Part shown: positions 16,086 through 20,000 of the stretch, piece by piece
Position numbering within the stretch: the first letter of the stretch is position 1
Layout of the letters: every line of letters starts with the position of its first letter
Program-made: the position numbers and the translations under genes
From: an uncultured virus (IMG/VR IMGVR_UViG_3300017963_000243)
Taxonomy: Duplodnaviria; Heunggongvirae; Uroviricota; Caudoviricetes
Reading direction: 5' to 3' (one strand)
DNA length: 20,000 nucleotides
Virus record (IMG/VR): IMGVR_UViG_3300017963_000243
Span: 58,571 to 78,570 of that record
The notes under the pieces: generated by a model
The model's database searches: none
What the model saw: only the letters and a program-made list of their open reading frames with translations
Told to the model about the DNA's origin: nothing

Positions 16086-17336
16086 ATGGCACGAGGCAGG
16101 CAAGAAGAGAACCCGAACAAGCAGCTGCACTACGCCGAGAAGTACGACATCCCACGAGCTACCATCGCAGAGATCCGGCAGCAGATCCTGCTCACCTGGC
16201 AGACCAAACAGCACCGCGGAGCTATCTGCGTGGTCGGTGAGGCAGGCATCGGCAAGTCCCAGATCGTCGCCCAGATCGCGAGGGATGAAGGCGCGAGCAT
16301 CTACGACATCAGGACCGCCCACTACGGTCTCGTGGGTACCGGCATCCCGAGCACTAAAGACTCCCCCGAGGGGTACTTCGACCTGCTCGTCCCGTCGGTG
16401 TTCCCAAAGAAGGGTGAGAAGTCCATCATGCTGTTCGAGGAGATCAACCAGGGTCTTCAGCACAGCATCGCCATGTTCTTCTCCCTCGTCGAGGACCGGA
16501 GGATGTTCAACTACTTCCTTCCGGATGAGGCCATCGTGGTCGCGCTGATGAACCCCGCAACGGCGCAATACGCCGTCACACAGCTCGAAAACAACGCAGC
16601 TCTCCGTCGGCGCCTGAAGTGGTTCTACGCACTGGAGTCGTTCAAGGACTGGGTCGAACACGCGTCCACCGACAGCTTCCACGAGAGCGACCGTTCCTGC
16701 TTCGACGATCACAAGGGGCGTCCATGCCATCCGGGAGTACTCGACTTCGTGAAGCAGTACCCCAAGAATCTGTACGACAAGAAGGCGCAGGGAGAAGGCA
16801 AGCAGTACATGTGCCCCGCGACGGTCCAGACCGTCTCGCTGGACGCGTACATGCTCGAGAAGATGGACCTCCCCGTCGACAACGAGTTCGCCCTGTGCCG
16901 TTACGCATCCTCCGTGGGCACGCACATGGCGACGCAACTCGTCGAGCACCTCAAGGACAACCGCACCGCGGTTCGCGCCGACGACGTGGTCTCCGACTAC
17001 AAGAAGCTCGCTCGCAAGCCGGTGCGCCTCCTCCTGCAGAAGTCGGAGCAGGAGAAGATCACCGAACTGAACATCAACGTCCTGACGTACATGTTCAGCC
17101 TGCAGCCCGACGCAAAGGTAGCGGCGAAGAACTTCGTCATGTATCTCGAAGATCTGCCCAACGAGATGCGTGTCAGCCTGCTCTCGCAGCTGAAGAAGTT
17201 CGCAGACGAGAACAACGCCAACGACTACCTCTTCTCCCTGATGCGTCACGTCCAAACACACAAAAGCTGGATCAAGATCCACGCTAGCCTGGACGACGCG
17301 CAGACGGAGGTCGAGCGGGCCCTGCGCGGGAGCTGA
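16086..17336 (+). CDS. MoxR/AAA_5-like AAA+ ATPase
   Basis: Walker A GEAGIGKSQ; YDIR; Walker B variant IMLFEEIN; sensor-1 VALMNP; ALRRR arginine finger; SD GAGAGG at 16072-16077. Confidence 0.85.
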   Translation: MARGRQEENPNKQLHYAEKYDIPRATIAEIRQQILLTWQTKQHRGAICVVGEAGIGKSQIVAQIARDEGASIYDIRTAHYGLVGTGIPSTKDSPEGYFDLLVPSVFPKKGEKSIMLFEEINQGLQHSIAMFFSLVEDRRMFNYFLPDEAIVVALMNPATAQYAVTQLENNAALRRRLKWFYALESFKDWVEHASTDSFHESDRSCFDDHKGRPCHPGVLDFVKQYPKNLYDKKAQGEGKQYMCPATVQTVSLDAYMLEKMDLPVDNEFALCRYASSVGTHMATQLVEHLKDNRTAVRADDVVSDYKKLARKPVRLLLQKSEQEKITELNINVLTYMFSLQPDAKVAAKNFVMYLEDLPNEMRVSLLSQLKKFADENNANDYLFSLMRHVQTHKSWIKIHASLDDAQTEVERALRGS

Positions 17337-17340
17337 GGCC

Positions 17341-17718
17341 GTGTCGCCGTATCTGTCCCTGGCGTGTGAGTTGCGCCAATCCAGAACCGAAGAAGAGTGG
17401 CGGAAGGACTCAGAGGAGATCCGGCAGAAGTGTCTCATCGCCGTTAAAGAAGTAATGACGGCACAGCCTGAGCCGGAAGAGATCATCTACGACTTGATCT
17501 GCCTCCTCCTCGTGCTTCCCGTCGCTGACCGCCTCCACATCCAACGCGCCTTCCGGCCTCTTGCTCAGAAGCTGGATTGCGTGGCCTACCTTTCGAACGT
17601 GTCTCGGGCTCTGCAGGAGACCGACGCCTGGGTGGATCTGAACATCCTGTCAGACAAGGGGCGTCGAAGCCTGCCTGACATGGGGCTGGAGATCAACCCG
17701 GAATTCAAACTCCCTTGA
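17341..17718 (+). CDS. Hypothetical protein, 125 aa
   Basis: GTG start 4 nt after the AAA+ stop, with GGGAG upstream; same G/C-ending codon style; overlaps the convergent gene end by 14 nt. Confidence 0.65.
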   Translation: MSPYLSLACELRQSRTEEEWRKDSEEIRQKCLIAVKEVMTAQPEPEEIIYDLICLLLVLPVADRLHIQRAFRPLAQKLDCVAYLSNVSRALQETDAWVDLNILSDKGRRSLPDMGLEINPEFKLP

Positions 17719-18451
17719 GCTCTAGGAAGTCCTGTCCCATGGACTTAGCGGCGTCTTCCACAAAGACGTAGGTCCCTGCGAGCCGAGACAGGTTCACCCC
17801 AAGGGGGTTCTCCGCAAACTCAGTGTGCTGGAGAGCCCCCTTATCCAACCCCTCCCACGCCTTGCGGACTTCCTTCCGCAAATTTTTTGCTTCAGGAGGT
17901 TGCAAGTCTACGAGGTTATCCTCGGCAAAGGAGAGCTCCTCAGGAGTGGTGATGTAACCTGCGCGCTTCAAGCAAACAGCAACGTACTGCTGGACATCCT
18001 CATCGAACTCCGCGTCCCCCTTGCCCTCGGGATCCATCCTTCGGACAGCGTCTGCCTCGTAGACTGTCCACGCCATTTCCGCAGGGTGACACTCCTGAAT
18101 CGCATCGGGGTTACTAATATTCCCCACAAAAGCGTGGACAGTATTCTCGAACACAATGTGGTCCCAGAAGAATTGCGGGTTGACGATGAGGGCGATAACC
18201 GCCTGGAGCTTGTCACGGTTGACGAGGCTCAAGTCGAGACCGTCTTTCTCCATCGTTATCCAGAGAGTCTCCGGCTCCCAAGAAAGCATCTCCAAACCAT
18301 AAACGTTGCGCGCCGCGGTGTAGAGAGATCCTGCGCTACGCTCATCCGTTGAACTCTTGAGAAATTCTAGAGAACGCGCCCTAGAAGTCGCAGGAAGAGA
18401 CTCCGGGATCGCAGCTACGCTACTTGCGAGTTTTTCTAAGAGTTCATTCAT
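17705..18451 (-). CDS. Hypothetical phage protein, 248 aa (possibly virion/morphogenesis)
   Basis: Natural composition; ATGA coupling with the upstream minus-strand gene at 18448-18451. Confidence 0.75.
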   Translation of the reverse strand: MNELLEKLASSVAAIPESLPATSRARSLEFLKSSTDERSAGSLYTAARNVYGLEMLSWEPETLWITMEKDGLDLSLVNRDKLQAVIALIVNPQFFWDHIVFENTVHAFVGNISNPDAIQECHPAEMAWTVYEADAVRRMDPEGKGDAEFDEDVQQYVAVCLKRAGYITTPEELSFAEDNLVDLQPPEAKNLRKEVRKAWEGLDKGALQHTEFAENPLGVNLSRLAGTYVFVEDAAKSMGQDFLELKGV

Positions 18452-19455
18452 ACGTAGGAGGAGAGTTGCTTTTGCGCAATGGCCTTCACGTCATCAGGAA
18501 GCGTGGGAAGAAGCTGCATCAAAGCTTCCGGGTTAACAGTCTCCCCGTCACTGGAAATCTCGGAAGCCACGTTATCCCCCAGCAGGTCCTTCCAAAACGT
18601 AAGGGGAAGCGCCGCTAACTTCTGCTTATTGAGCATCATCCCGGTACCAAGCTCCAGAGTGTCCTCCGCAAGCTTCTCCGAATTGAAGACAGTCTGAATC
18701 GGATCTGGAAGCTTACGACCGTAAAGACGTGTAAGCCCGGCTTCCTTGTCCAGCTCGTGAATCGCGCTGGCTAATTTAGTCTGAATCTCTCTGTCATGAA
18801 ACTCAGGAGCAACACCCTCGAGTTCCTGGGATATTTTGTCAAACGCATCCGAGAAAACGGTGCCCCGAGTCACTTCCCTTCGCGCACCCAGCCAGTCTTT
18901 TAGGCGCTGAGTACTGGTAAGCGTAAAACCGGCCAGTTTCTCGGTAGAAGGATGTAATGTGACTCCAAATTCCTTTGCGAGTTTGCAAAGCTGGAACATC
19001 CCAGAAGCCCGATCCTCTACAGTAAGAGTCGGGTAAATCTCACGGATACGAGTTTCCGCCAACTTGACATCTTCCGCGGTCTTCACCAGGAAGCGCTGTT
19101 GTTCAGGAAATACGTAGCGCTCTTCCGCAGACGCAGTCTTCTCGGCGGACGCTACGTAGATGTCGTCGTCAAGCTCGTAGACTTCCGCCGCTTTCTCCAG
19201 CATCTCATCAACTTCGCGAGGAACCGCGGACGCAAGCTTTCGATAGCCCAAGGAAAGCGCCGCGTGCTCTCGCGTGTGTAACGGAAATCGACGCTGTCCC
19301 GGCCACGCAAACGAACTATCGGGGAGATCCGAAAACTCGTCTTCGTCGATGTTGGCAGTCTTGGCCACTTCTTGCAATGCAGGAAAGCGATCAAGAACCA
19401 CTCGAAGATGGGCATAACCCGGGTCGCACGTTTGGTCGTAAAGTGTCGTTGTCAT
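18448..19455 (-). CDS. Hypothetical phage protein, 335 aa, with a DUF6582-like LPDSSFAWP..RRFPL motif; probable virion/head protein
   Basis: Start set to ATG 19455 (MTTTLYDQ) with a GAGGG SD; the longer track ORF overlaps the plus-strand HExxH gene. Two related segments: FAWPGQRRFPLHT and YVFPEQQRFLVKT. Confidence 0.7.
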   Translation of the reverse strand: MTTTLYDQTCDPGYAHLRVVLDRFPALQEVAKTANIDEDEFSDLPDSSFAWPGQRRFPLHTREHAALSLGYRKLASAVPREVDEMLEKAAEVYELDDDIYVASAEKTASAEERYVFPEQQRFLVKTAEDVKLAETRIREIYPTLTVEDRASGMFQLCKLAKEFGVTLHPSTEKLAGFTLTSTQRLKDWLGARREVTRGTVFSDAFDKISQELEGVAPEFHDREIQTKLASAIHELDKEAGLTRLYGRKLPDPIQTVFNSEKLAEDTLELGTGMMLNKQKLAALPLTFWKDLLGDNVASEISSDGETVNPEALMQLLPTLPDDVKAIAQKQLSSYV

Positions 19456-19492
19456 ATTGTCCCTCAAACCGCGTGGTAGTGAAACACACCTC

Positions 19493-19521
19493 ATTATACG
19501 GCAGGAGGAAATGGAATGCAA
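19493..19521 (-). promoter_or_regulatory. Putative sigma70-type promoter for the minus-strand genes 19455-17705
   Basis: Minus strand TTGCAT (19521-19516), 17 nt spacer, TATAAT (19498-19493). Confidence 0.55.
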
Positions 19522-20000
19522 AACAACCAACAATCGCCAGCGGAAGCCCTCTCTCAGGTCCTCCAATGGGCTTGCTCCCCTCGCGGAGGCAACAACTTCT
19601 GGGGCCGCATCTTGAACGGTTGCGGTCGACGGGCTATTCCAGGTCTGGGAACCGCTGCGATCTCCCTCACTCGAGAGGGAAAATTCATGTTCCTCTGGGA
19701 CCCGGAGTTCTTCGTGAAGATTCCGATGCCCCTCCGGATCATGGTCGTCATCCACGAAGCGGCCCACATCGTCCTGTCGCATGTCGAGCGGAGCCTGCAC
19801 ATGAAGCAGATCTGCAGCGCCAACGACTACCAGTGGAACCAACTGTCCCCGCTCATCAACTTTGCACAAGACATGGCCGCCAACGACATTGCCCTCCGCG
19901 CTCTCGTCGATCTCGGCAACTTCAGAGAATACAAGAAAGAGCTCCTGTTCCCTGAGAACCCCCCTTGGAACTTCCCCCAGGGCAAGTCGTTCGAAGAGTA
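19516..20000 (+). CDS. DUF2201-like HExxH metallopeptidase-domain protein (usually vWA-fused), 5' part only
   Basis: Translated manually: MQNNQQSP...GTAAI...LWDPEFF...VIHEAAHIVLSHVER...NFAQDMAAND...SFEE. AGGAGG SD at 19503-19508. Open to the window end; absent from the ORF track. Confidence 0.85.
   Translation, partial: MQNNQQSPAEALSQVLQWACSPRGGNNFWGRILNGCGRRAIPGLGTAAISLTREGKFMFLWDPEFFVKIPMPLRIMVVIHEAAHIVLSHVERSLHMKQICSANDYQWNQLSPLINFAQDMAANDIALRALVDLGNFREYKKELLFPENPPWNFPQGKSFEE

Noticed and set aside
94..16762. Scattered GCAGTACC copies in coding regions (94, 2218, 16754, and reverse complement at 14862) as targets of the array
   Set aside because: Most coincide with Gln-Tyr codons (CAG TAC) and lack flanking hairpins; they cannot be distinguished from chance without genome-wide statistics.
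16062..17486. 474-aa minus-strand ORF, and similar long antisense ORFs at 5542-6696, 3626-4366 and 7935-8879
   Set aside because: Antisense shadows of motif-bearing plus-strand genes, caused by codon bias; no recognisable motifs.
19479..19486. GTGAAACA as a parS site
   Set aside because: Only half of the canonical TGTTTCACGTGAAACA palindrome.
19456..19869. N-terminal 138-aa extension of the track ORF 18448-19869
   Set aside because: Antisense to the HExxH gene; the SD and promoter support a start at 19455.
19377..19955. 192-aa plus-strand ORF in the track
   Set aside because: Wrong frame; the frame starting at 19516 has the SD and the DUF2201 motifs.

Overview
This window looks like part of a large tailed dsDNA phage (Caudoviricetes) genome or prophage, with no host housekeeping genes, tRNA/rRNA or CRISPR array. 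Bases 1-13859 form a mostly plus-strand replication/regulation module: the end of a probable SNF2-type helicase, two Cas4/RecB-like PD-(D/E)XK nucleases, an Amidase_2 with a peptidoglycan-binding domain, small zinc-ribbon genes, ParB, a reverse-strand sigma-70 factor with inserted Cys-rich ribbons, a putative SSB, a CHC2-TOPRIM primase fused to a P-loop helicase, and a family A DNA polymerase with an N-terminal degenerate UDG-like domain. Bases 14467-20000 interleave minus-strand genes (GpA-type large terminase, two probable virion proteins) with a plus-strand MoxR-like AAA+ ATPase and a DUF2201-like HExxH protein. The most unusual element is the ~600 bp non-coding gap between polymerase and terminase (13860-14466). 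It holds five long hairpins of unrelated sequence separated by a conserved 9-nt linker (AGCAGTACC, four exact copies plus one degenerate) and ends in a minus-strand intrinsic terminator. It is a candidate undescribed repeat-punctuated structured RNA array, or alternatively an origin or packaging element. All calls come from motif reading by eye; no database searches were run.
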